Below, in pieces: positions 41,207-52,902 of a stretch of DNA of 64,000 nt (its first letter is position 1; every line of letters begins with the position of its first letter). The stretch is from Octopus vulgaris. Taxonomy: Eukaryota. The notes under the pieces are model-generated. The model saw only the letters and a list, made by a program, of their open reading frames with translations, did not search any database and was not told where the DNA came from. Position numbers and translations under genes: made by a program. The DNA lies in assembly GCA_951406725.2 (NCBI GenBank), contig OX597819.1, positions 8,308,001-8,372,000 on the forward strand, in the 5' to 3' direction.

Positions 41207-44148
41207 TTCACAGAAACGCATCTTGAACCCGATATAGGTGATGCAGAAATACACATGCCGCAATATGCAGTCATACGCACAGATAGAAAAGGGAGGAGCC
41301 ATGGTGGAGTTGCAATGTACATCCGAGATGACCTCACGCCCCAGGTCCTGCTGTCATATTCAAACTCAGTATGTGAAACTCAAATTGTACACATAAGACA
41401 ACTGAATATCGTCATATGCACTACATATCGCCCACCAGACGCCCCAAAACACTCAGGCATGTTTGAAGACTGCTTAACAAAAATAGGAGAAGTCCTCACC
41501 AACCTTGAACAGCACAACAGTGTATTCTTCATGGGTGACTTTAACCTCCCCAATGTGGAATGGCCTGGGGGGCAGATGCTCCCAGGGATGACACACCATC
41601 AGCAGGCACAGGTGGAGTCCCTGCTCCATCTCACAAATACCTCTTTCATGGAGCAAATAGTTCTGCAACCAACAAGGGCAGATAATATACTGGATCTCTG
41701 CTTCACAAACAATATGGATATTATCCATAATGTTAATATGATGCCGACAATGATCTCGGATCACAACATAATAGAGCTGTCTATGTATGGAACAAAAGCC
41801 CCCGCAGACACACAGCCTATACGAAGCACCTACCATCTCTCCAACTTAAACTTTCATAAAGCCAACTGGAAGTCGATTGAGAAAGAGATCCTCAAACAGG
41901 ATTGGCCTGAATGTCTCTCCACACCGGACATAAACATGAAACACAAACACTTCATGTCCATAATACAAGCCATATGTGACAAATATGTCCCAATGTGCAG
42001 GGCCAGCACACACAAGAACAAAAACAGGGTCCCTAGAGAAAGGAGGATTCTTATGAGACGACGGACAAGGATTGCAAACCGCCTGAGCAAGCACACCAAA
42101 AGTGGTGAGAAGTCTCGACTCGAAAGAATGCTAATGGAAACTGAGAAAAGTCTACATCAGTCCCATGAAAAGGAGAGAGCAGATAAAGAAGCTTGGGTAA
42201 TAGAAAATATAAAATCAAACCCTAAAGCTTTCTTTAAGTTTGCCAAAGAGACAGCCACAGTGCACCAGAGAATAGGACCTCTCTTCCAAAAAGATGGCTC
42301 TCTCACAGGAAATCCCACGAGGATAAGTGAAATACTGAACGAACAGTTCCAAAGTGTGTTCACTACACCTCTAGGACACAGGCAAGTAAACAACCCAGAA
42401 GAATTCTTTGCCACTTTACCAGCGGCCAAAGAGACAAAAATTGAGTACATCAACATCGAAGATGATATCACACTAGCCATTGATGAGATTGACACAAACC
42501 CAGCTGCTGGACCTGATGGATTCCCAGCGATCCTTCTCAAATCGTGCAAACGAGCCCTTGCAAAACCGCTACAGCTTCTTTTTCAGAGCTTTCTTGCAAG
42601 TGGTAAGCTCCCAGTCAAACTGAAAGAGGGGGTAATATGCCCTATCCATAAGGGAGGTAGCAGAGCAGATGCTAAAAATTATAGGCCTATCTCTCTGACC
42701 TCACACATCAGCAAAGTCATGGAACGAATAGTCCGTAAGAAACTAATCATGTTCCTTGAAGAAAATGACTTACTGTCTGACACCCAGCATGGATTTCGAC
42801 CAGGTAGAGGCTGCCTAACACAGCTCCTGCAACACTATGACTGGGTGTTGAAACAGCTACTAAATGGCTCAAATGTGGATGTAATATATCTTGACTTTGC
42901 AAAAGCCTTTGATAAAGTCGACCATGGTATGATCTGTCACAAACTGCGTGGTCTCGGCATAGGCGGGAAACTTGGAGAGTGGCTGCACAACTTCCTAAAA
43001 GACAGAAAACAGGCAGTTGTGAGCAATGGAGCCACCTCCAGGGAAACGCAAATAACAAGCGGTGTCCCACAGGGCACTGTCTTGGGGCCACTGATGTTCA
43101 TAGTGGCCCTTTCAGACATGCCTTCAGTTGCTACGATGACCACCCTTGCTAGCTATGCAGATGACACAAAAGTCTCCCACGCAATACAAAACCCTGAAAA
43201 TATTGCGCATCTGCAACATGAGCTGGACACAATATACAGGTGGGCTGAGGACAACAACATGCAGTTTAATGCAGGTAAGTTCCAGGCCCTGCGCTACTGG
43301 CACACAAAGGTAAATGACGTGAAGACTGGATACACTGGTCCAGGAAGAATTGCAATCCCTGAGTCAAAATCAGTGCGTGACCTGGGCATTGACATGAGCA
43401 ATGATGCATCTTTCCAAATGCATATTGCTAATCTGGTGATAAAATGCAGACGGCTAGCTGGATGGATTCTCCGAACTTTCAGAACAAGAGAGAAGGAGAC
43501 ACTGATGGTCCTATGGAAAACATTTGTCCTCAGCCGCTTGGACTACTGCTCCCAACTTTGGTCACCACACAATATAAAACAAACAGCAGAACTCGAAGCA
43601 ACTCAGAGAAGCTACACAAAGAAAATCGTCTCAATGCAAAATGTCAGCTACTGGGAAAGACTGAAGGTATTAAACCTCTTCTCCCTGGAGCGGAGGCGGG
43701 AGAGATATGCAGTGATATGCATCTGGAAAATCCTGGAGGGTCTTGTCCCAAACTTTGGCATTCAAAGTTACTCCAACCGCAGAACGGGGCGCCGCTGCGT
43801 GGTGCCAAGGATTCCAACATCACCATCAAAATACAGGTCCAGATACTGCAACAGCTTGGGTTTCAGAGGACCACAGCTCTTTAACATCCTCCCTAAATGC
43901 CTGAGAGACTTACATGGTGTGGATGTGGGTTTCTTTAAAACTAAACTGGATCTCTTCTTGTTGGGAGTCCCAGATGAACCTACCTCACGACAGGAGACAC
44001 GGATGCGGGCAGCAGTATCGAAATCCCTTGTTGATCAAGTGCCACGTATCAGAGGTGGATTCACAAACTAGTGTAGCTCATTCAGCAGTGGTGCCCCAGC
44101 ATGGCCGCGGCCTTCGGGCTAAAACATTTTTAAGGATTTAAGGATTTA
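41207..44148 (+). mobile_element. CR1/L2-group LINE, 5'-truncated, (TTTAAGGA)n tail
   Basis: Begins in frame at FTETHL (APE motif) after a stop. Short 3' UTR and TTTAAGGATTTAAGGATTTA tail. Confidence 0.93.
41255..44071 (+). CDS. LINE ORF2: apurinic-type endonuclease + reverse transcriptase (938 aa, lacks extreme N-terminus)
   Basis: GGVAMY, YRPP, MGDFNLP, LDLCFTN, SDHN (APE). GPDG, NYRPISLTS, QHGFR, LDFAKAFDKVDH, GVPQGTVLGP, YADD (RT). No internal stops. Confidence 0.93.
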   Translation: MPQYAVIRTDRKGRSHGGVAMYIRDDLTPQVLLSYSNSVCETQIVHIRQLNIVICTTYRPPDAPKHSGMFEDCLTKIGEVLTNLEQHNSVFFMGDFNLPNVEWPGGQMLPGMTHHQQAQVESLLHLTNTSFMEQIVLQPTRADNILDLCFTNNMDIIHNVNMMPTMISDHNIIELSMYGTKAPADTQPIRSTYHLSNLNFHKANWKSIEKEILKQDWPECLSTPDINMKHKHFMSIIQAICDKYVPMCRASTHKNKNRVPRERRILMRRRTRIANRLSKHTKSGEKSRLERMLMETEKSLHQSHEKERADKEAWVIENIKSNPKAFFKFAKETATVHQRIGPLFQKDGSLTGNPTRISEILNEQFQSVFTTPLGHRQVNNPEEFFATLPAAKETKIEYINIEDDITLAIDEIDTNPAAGPDGFPAILLKSCKRALAKPLQLLFQSFLASGKLPVKLKEGVICPIHKGGSRADAKNYRPISLTSHISKVMERIVRKKLIMFLEENDLLSDTQHGFRPGRGCLTQLLQHYDWVLKQLLNGSNVDVIYLDFAKAFDKVDHGMICHKLRGLGIGGKLGEWLHNFLKDRKQAVVSNGATSRETQITSGVPQGTVLGPLMFIVALSDMPSVATMTTLASYADDTKVSHAIQNPENIAHLQHELDTIYRWAEDNNMQFNAGKFQALRYWHTKVNDVKTGYTGPGRIAIPESKSVRDLGIDMSNDASFQMHIANLVIKCRRLAGWILRTFRTREKETLMVLWKTFVLSRLDYCSQLWSPHNIKQTAELEATQRSYTKKIVSMQNVSYWERLKVLNLFSLERRRERYAVICIWKILEGLVPNFGIQSYSNRRTGRRCVVPRIPTSPSKYRSRYCNSLGFRGPQLFNILPKCLRDLHGVDVGFFKTKLDLFLLGVPDEPTSRQETRMRAAVSKSLVDQVPRIRGGFTN

Positions 44149-44528
44149 GTATATGAAAGATTGAAAGAATTTTAAAATAAACATACAAATTTCCGCACGA
44201 ATACACGTAGTCTATGCCCTAGCGACGTAGCTTCAACCGTGTTCTTTCTGATGTGAATTTGCTACCCAGGTATCGGTTATCTTTCGAATTATCCTTAATA
44301 AGATAATTCATTCAATTACTCAAATATATATATATTTCAAAATGTGACCTCGTATGTACCGTTAGCGATTTTTTCCCTCTATCTTCCCTTCTCTGGATCT
44401 TTCCTTCTCCTAGGTTTCCGACGAAACGTTAAACCCTCCTTCTTCCCTTCTTTCCTGAGCGTCCAATAATACTATATTTGTTCCACGTCCTCGCGTTGTT
44501 GTGTTTTTTTGTGTTTTCTTGTTTGGAT

Positions 44529-44580
<52 letters not shown>

Positions 44581-44584
<4 letters not shown>

Positions 44585-44872
44585 CGTGACCGACCAGGCT
44601 ATAAGATGTTAGTACACATCGCTGGTCACAATGCGCTTCGCATTGTTTTAGCCTTCAAATGACGCCACCCTGCTGGCTAAGCGAGCAGGCCAACAGAAAA
44701 AAGAGCGATAGGAAGTTGTGGCGAAAGAGTACAGCAGGGATCGCCACCACTCCCTGCCGGAGCCTCGTGGAGCTTCAGGTGTTTTCGCTCAATAAACACT
44801 CACAGCGCCTGGTCTGGAAATCGATACCTCGATTCTACGACCGCAAGTCAGCTGCCCTAACCATTGGGCCTC

Positions 44873-44876
<4 letters not shown>
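44581..44876 (-). mobile_element. SINE family A, alternative-tail form (diverged head)
   Basis: Reverse complement of 16930-17235. Confidence 0.85.
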
Positions 44877-44926
<50 letters not shown>

Positions 44927-45139
44927 TATGTGTGTGCGTAAAATTTATACGTTTAGCCAGATTACTAGACAGATAGCTGGAATATTATAGGCTATGCTTA
45001 CATATATGTTTCGATTTGTATTTGTAAAAATCCATACAGACACAATACTTTCCCCCAGCCAAGCCATAATGCATGTTTATGTGTTTGCTATTATATAATA
45101 TTCAAAACAATATCCAGTTGTATTATTGTAAGGTCTCTA

Positions 45140-45640
<501 letters not shown>

Positions 45641-46115
45641 CACACAATACGGTTGTCATTAACATTATTACTCTCATTGCCGCTGTTGTTATATGATTGT
45701 CAGAAATGTGATGTTTTCACATATATAAATACTCCACATCTATTATTAATATGATTATGCAAGCTGTCAACAATGTTTTGGCCCTTATTTATCTATATAT
45801 TTTGACACTGCAAAACTAAATCCTTTAGCTTTACTTGTCTCTTTTACTGTTCTTTTTCCATTTTTTTTTTATTTCTCTAATGTCATCTGTATATGCTCAA
45901 AGATGTGATTGTTCACTATGTGAATAGGTAGTTTCTTTCTTATCAACTAATACTATCACTTTCTCTTTCTATTTTTTCCTACATCAAGCAGCCATCCAAC
46001 CATCTCTCTCTCCACATTCCTTTCTCTTGCTCTCTCTATATATACATACATACATACATACGTACATACATACATAGACACAAAAATATTTATATTATAT
46101 ATACATATATATATA

Positions 46116-46173
<58 letters not shown>

Positions 46174-46697
46174 CTTATATACATACATACACACACATAC
46201 ACACACTGATATATATGTACAATCATCTCTTTCGCTCTCAGATCAATCGATCTATGCCTCTATCCATTCATCATGTGTTCATCCAACCCCACAACCCCCT
46301 TCTCTATCTGTCTCTTCCTCCTCCTCCTTCTCCTCCTTCTCCTCCTTCCTCATTCTCTTGCTCTCTATCTCTCTCTTTCTCCCCCTCTATATTAAGTAAT
46401 GTGGTTAATGCCTATCAAATCCATATTTTGTTTGTTATAATTGAAGGCAATGTCTTTGTTTCATTCACTTCCCCTTCTGTTCCATCACCGCCACCAACTC
46501 TCCCACGCTCCCAAGCCAAACATTTTATAAATGCATCTGTGTGCATTTATATGCAACTCCATGCGCATGCGGATTATTTTACTTGATAAACATATTTGTT
46601 TGTTTGTTTTTTTTCCTCCATTACTTCCTGCAGTCAAATTATTTTTTTCCGGTTGCGTTTTAAGTTCATCAATATATGTGCATATGTCTGTGAGAGG

Positions 46698-46730
<33 letters not shown>

Positions 46731-47278
46731 AGAGAGAGTGAGAATGACTGGACCCCCCCACACACACAAATGCATACCCCGATCATACCCCCCCCCATTT
46801 ATATATGTATAAATATGTATATATATGTATATATACACGTACACATATGCATATATTGTATATATATGCGTGTATTCAAGTGTATATATCATGATGCGGC
46901 TCTACAATACTATTATACATATACTGACTCACTGCAGGAGCATCTACGTAGTCACTCGACCTGGTCGTATTAGTAGCCAAATCTATCTCAAATCATACAG
47001 GAAGGATAAAAACTGGATAATCTAATGCTAAGCACTGTGTTATCAGCTGGAAAGCTTTCTTGTATATTATTTGTCTGTTTATTGAGAATCAAGCCAGAGT
47101 GAAACAACAGTATACACACAAGTGCTGCTGAATTTCTCAGATGCACTGAGACAGTGGATATAAGCGTTGAGTAAGTATCAAATGTAGTAGTGGATCTGGT
47201 GGACATGTGTTCGTCCCTAGGGTTAGTCAAGCTATATACACTCAGGTATATACACTCAGGTATATACACTCAGGTAAA

Positions 47279-47508
47279 GGCGGCGAGCCGGCAGAACCGT
47301 TAGCACGCCGGGCGAAATGCGTAGCCGTATTTCGACTGCCGTTACATTCTGAGTCCAAATTCCGCCGAGGTCGACTTTGCCTTTCATCCTTTCGGGGTCG
47401 ATAAATTAAGTACCAGTTAAGCACTGGGATCGATGTAATCGTCTTGATCCGTTTGTCTGTCCTTGTTTGTCCCCTCTATGTTTAGCCCCTTGTGGGTAGT
47501 AAAGAAAC
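47279..47508 (+). mobile_element. SINE family C
   Basis: Full copy. TATATACACTCAGGT flanks both sides. Confidence 0.9.
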
Positions 47509-49497
47509 ATATATACACTCAGGTTGAAGCCTAACAAGCACGCAGTATCATGGGTAGCAAATAAATAACAAGGTAAATAATATCTTTGATGTATATAGTG
47601 GAAAGAGAGAGATCTACTTCTTTAGATTACAATAGAGGATTCGGTTTCGAACTTCTCGAGCATTACCGTATACGACTTGAAAAGGTTAGCGGATACAACG
47701 GCCGAAACATGGCAGCTATGACTACTTGAAAGAGTACAAGACACATGTAACAGTAAACACACACATACATTTTTATTATCAACAAAAAATGCGCAAAAAT
47801 TATGCCCACAGTGTCTTTTAATGGGCATTGTATTTACAGCTATGTGGTTCCGTAAAGATATTCATAATCATATATCCATGTCTGAGACCATAGGTTTCCC
47901 ATAACATCTTAAAGTAAGATTTATAGTCAAACTTTTCAAACTATTCTTATAAGGAAGCATAGAGCAAATTCATTTCTTTTCAAACTACACATCATGGTTA
48001 TAATCATATTAAGTTTAAGGCATTGTTTAAGGTAGAACAATCACTAGAGTCTCCTTTCAACAACCACAAAATATAGTACTCGGACAACCAAGTAGAATGC
48101 TTCTCGGGCAGCCATTTAACGTGCTATTCTAGTGACTAAGAAGAGTTCTCATGGAGTTATTTTGTGGAAAACTTTGGTGGTATTCTGCGCTATAAAAGAA
48201 AACCAATTGAACTGAGTGACGTATAAGAAATATAACATGGAAAGGTTTAGCCATAGTAAAGGTCTATTGAGTTGGTCCATGTGAAATCTATAACCTAGGA
48301 GAGAATTGGGAAGTGAGGGAAATATCTCTTCAGTATATCTAAGTTTGGTGGTATATAGATAGTTTATACAATGATATTGCATAAAGCGGAGGCTGATAAA
48401 ACTAAGAATAATAACAATGACTGTAAAATGATTAATATTACAATATGCTTGGATACTAGCTTAGAAAAAAGAAATATAAATAAAATAAATAATGTTGTAA
48501 AAGAAATTATGACTTGTTTTATTGTATAGTTGTATAACTGATTGCAGCATAATGACGCTAGTGGTATGAAAAATCTGATATAAATCTTCAAAGATAAATT
48601 TTCATAACGGATAAAGAATTTTGATAGCGATCCTATAGACGTAAGTAACCTTGATACAAATATGCATAGAAAATATATTACAATCATCGCCTAATATTCA
48701 TGTTGCACTATGTCTACAAAAACTGATATATTTTTATACGAAAAAAGTTTATACGGCATGGTGCCAAGTCAATAGTGGTGAAAAGTGGGACACTGTTAAT
48801 AATGGTGCCAAGTGGAACACTTTTAGCGGTGGTACCAAAATGAGCACTTTTTTGTTAGTTTACAGATAAGATTCCTTTGTCTATAAAGTGAGTTGACGAG
48901 GTATACCAATGTTCGTATACATCATTGGTTGAAGACTTCGTGTTTGTTTTACATATGTAAACACATTCTCCAGTTATGTTTTGCCAAAGGAAATACAGCC
49001 ATATAAAGCGAAGGGACATCCGCCCAAAACAAAATCTTCTACTACTTTGTAAAAGTTGTTTAGAATGAGTGACGAGGCTTACTGAAACTCTTAATGTCAT
49101 AGCCACGAGGATTATGGCAGCAGTGAAGTGTTTCAAACTAACAGGTAATCGGTTAGTATAATGATAACTTTATCGATTCAGCTGTGATTTTCATGTGCAA
49201 ACGTCGAAGAATTTGGAAATTCTCTTGAAATGGGTTAAGATGGTCATTTTACAAACTCGTGTTTCTGGGGTCTTGGACAAGTGTCTTGTATCTTCTGCTG
49301 TTGCTTTGGGTTGCTCAATGTCGTGGGAAATAAATTCAGTACACGGAAACTGTGTAGAAGCCAATCGTATGTGCATTTGTATAATTGTGTGAGAGAGAGA
49401 TAGAGAAAGAGAGAGAGCGATACAGAGAGAGAGAGAGAGAGAGAGAGAGCAAGCGATACAGAGTTAGAGAGAAAGAGAGAGAGTGATACAGAGATAG

Positions 49498-49539
<42 letters not shown>

Positions 49540-49773
49540 CGAATTTATGTGAAGTCGTTCGAGGGTGCTGCTGATAAAATGTAACCTAATACGAATGGTG
49601 AAATGCAAGAACAAAGCCTGTAAAATAATGGATGAACTCGGTTGAGTCAACAGCTATTCAATACAGTTTATAATCTCATTTATACGCACATTTACATGTA
49701 AATGCATTGTGGAGAAATGTACACTTATCTGAGATCAGCAGTAGTTGCAGTCTCTGGCCATGTTGCTTGTTAA

Positions 49774-49927
<154 letters not shown>

Positions 49928-49938
49928 CATCATTAATA

Positions 49939-50335
49939 GGCGCAGGAGTGGCTGTGTGGTAAGTAGCTTGTTTACCAACCACATGGTTCCGGGTTCAGTC
50001 CCACTGCGTGGCACCTTGGGCAAGTGTCTTCTACTATAGCCTCGGGCCAACCAAAGCCTTGTGAGTGGATTTGGTAGACGGAAACTGAAAGAAGCCCGTC
50101 GTATATATGTATATATGTGTATGTGCGTATATGTTTGTGTGTCTGTGTTTGTCCCCCTAGCATTGCTTAACAACCGATGCTGGTGTGTTTATGTCCCCGT
50201 TACTTAGGGGTTCGGCAAAAGACACCGATAGAATAAGTACTGGGCTTACAAAGAATAAGTCCCGGGGTCGATTTGCTCGACTAAAGGCGGTGCTCCAGCA
50301 TGGCCGCAGTCACAATGACTGAAACAAGTAAAAAA
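49939..50335 (+). mobile_element. SINE family B
   Basis: Full copy within a (TTA)n tract. Confidence 0.9.
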
Positions 50336-50978
50336 CAAAAAAAAAATTATTATTATTATTATTATTATTATTATTTGTTTTTTACAAGTTTAACAGTCTC
50401 AAGCGAGACGGTGAGCGAGACGAGTGTCGCTCAAACATTTTAAATATTTCGAAATTTGATATGTTGCAACATTTTGCACCTCTTTCTGTCAAGCGTTAGT
50501 CAAGACTCAAACTTCAGAATCACAGACATACACTGAACCTTTCGTTGCAGCGATCGAGATATCATGTGCGTCTGTAGTAATGAAATAGAACAGGTATTTC
50601 CAAAGTTTCCTAATTTGTGAGGGCACGTGGAACATGTGTTATTGGCGAGAGCAGTCTCGATTTGATATAGCCCGCGCTGCCGGTGTCTGTGTCTAAGAAG
50701 TAAAAGTTTTCATCTTGCAATATTATGTCTTCGCAGTTGTGAAAGATCGTGATACGAAAATACTACATTTCAGAGGAGAAAGGGGAAGGAAATACAGATA
50801 GGGGCCACGCTCAGTGGCGACTATGACTAGCTTTAGAACCATGTTTTTGAGTGTATGTCTGCAAAAGATATGCATATTCACCAACAAATAAGTGGAGTAA
50901 ACGAAACGAAACGAAGATCCTTGCTGTATTCAATCTATCCGAGTTGCACAGACAATACTAACACCATAGGAAATGCAG

Positions 50979-51205
50979 CAAGCTGGCAGAAACGTTAGCA
51001 CGCCGGGCGAAATACGCAGCCATATTTTGTCTGCCGTTACGTTCTGAGTTCAAATTCCGCCGAGGTCGACTTTGCCCTTCATCCTTTCAGGGTCGATAAA
51101 TTAATTACCAGTTACCTACTGGGGTCGATGTAATCGACTTAATCTGTTTGTCTGTCCTTGTTTGTCCCTTCTGCGTTTAGCCCCCTTGTGGGTAGTAAAG
51201 AAATT
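50979..51205 (+). mobile_element. SINE family C with 25-bp TSD
   Basis: AATACTAACACCATAGGAAATGCAG at 50954-50978 and 51206-51230. Confidence 0.92.
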
Positions 51206-51629
51206 AATACTAACACCATAGGAAATGCAGAGAACATATTTTATCATCGGAAATACAGTGAGTGAAACACGACCAGTGATTGGTCCGTTAAAAACTCCTA
51301 ACCAATGACGCTATGTTCACAAAAGGTGCAGTATATGTCACTCGTTACTTTATTCATTTCTGAAAATTTATCAAATTACTTTGGAATATGTTTTCACCTT
51401 CATAGTTTGAGAAAGGGCTAAATTATTGGTAGATAATTAGCATAATTTATACTCAAAGTTTTTATATGCCACGAGCCTCTAAGAAATGTCCAACATAGAA
51501 GATCAACTCTTGTAGAACTTTACTCCTTCTTTTGTGCCATATTATTCTGTTGCTAGTTATCTGCGAAAGCAACATAACAACTTAAACAATATTAGTTAGA
51601 AGATAGTTGCACACACACACTCGCACATG

Positions 51630-51718
<89 letters not shown>

Positions 51719-52124
51719 TAGCTTAATAGCTGCCCATCGGGTGGCTTTTAAGTTAGCTCCTGTGGCCCAACAATGACACTTCATGCATTGAGCACATTTA
51801 AAATTTTATTAAATATGAACAATATTTTTCAAGTAATGAATAATTTTCATCAAAACAATGATATAGTTTGTAGACTTGGAACTTATTGCAAAGCTGCATG
51901 ATAAACAACATATAATTTTATCAAATACATTTTATGATGGTTAGTACCGGTTTCAGTCTTTCCGGTTTTTTAAACTGAGAGTAAAACAAAGGTGGATAGT
52001 AATTAAGAAGAAAGTATGAAATTGGAGAAAAATTAAATGAAATGCTTTTCAGGTATTTCCATAGTCTTCAAATAAGTAGCATATTTTCCATTTTTCTGTC
52101 TATCTGTCTGTCTGTCTGTCTGTC

Positions 52125-52177
<53 letters not shown>

Positions 52178-52349
52178 TCCTTTGTGAAGGATCGGCAGGT
52201 GGTAGCGGATCTTATTTGAAGACTGGAAATATTTACAAAACATTTCATTAAATTTTTTTCTTACATGTATGTATGTATGTATGTATGTATGTATGTATGT
52301 ATGTATGTATGTATGTATGTATGTATGTATGTATGTATATCTATATCTA

Positions 52350-52450
<101 letters not shown>

Positions 52451-52460
52451 ATATATATAT

Positions 52461-52545
52461 ACTTTATTTAAAGCAGCAGAAAATTCAACAAAACCTGTTA
52501 CTCTGAGTTTCCCGTTGCCGTTCATCGGACAGTTTTTGCTAGAAT
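52461..52545 (-). mobile_element. (TA)n-abutting element with hammerhead fold (52494-52535)
   Basis: Reverse strand CTGT-CCGATGA-ACG(GCAA)CGG-GAAA-CTCAGA-GTA-ACAG. Confidence 0.65.
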
Positions 52546-52818
52546 AAAAAAATATTCACTTCAACATTTAAGTGAATCGAACGGCTTTTGTGTGTTTTTT
52601 AAATGGCTTACAAACACCTTCCACGCTGCAATTGTTTTCGTTCCAGCACACGATCTCAGATCAAATCACTTGCTATGCAAGTACATCTCCGTAACATTAA
52701 ATTAAATTATTAATTAATTTATTTATTTATTTAATAAACATCTAAATAAAGTCTTTTACTCAATAAGTAATTTATATTTATATTATTTTATTTAACATTT
52801 AAATTGTATTAAGTTTGA

Positions 52819-52902
<84 letters not shown>

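Noticed and set aside
47672-47720. Hammerhead-like TTGAAAA-GGTT...GGCC-GAAACATGGC
   Set aside because: No NUH triplet and no convincing stem I, single copy, not TA-flanked.
48758-49140. Pogo-like DNA transposon end (GGTGCCAAGTGG-type subterminal repeats, PRKY-like start)
   Set aside because: Too decayed, with no partner TIR or catalytic motif visible.
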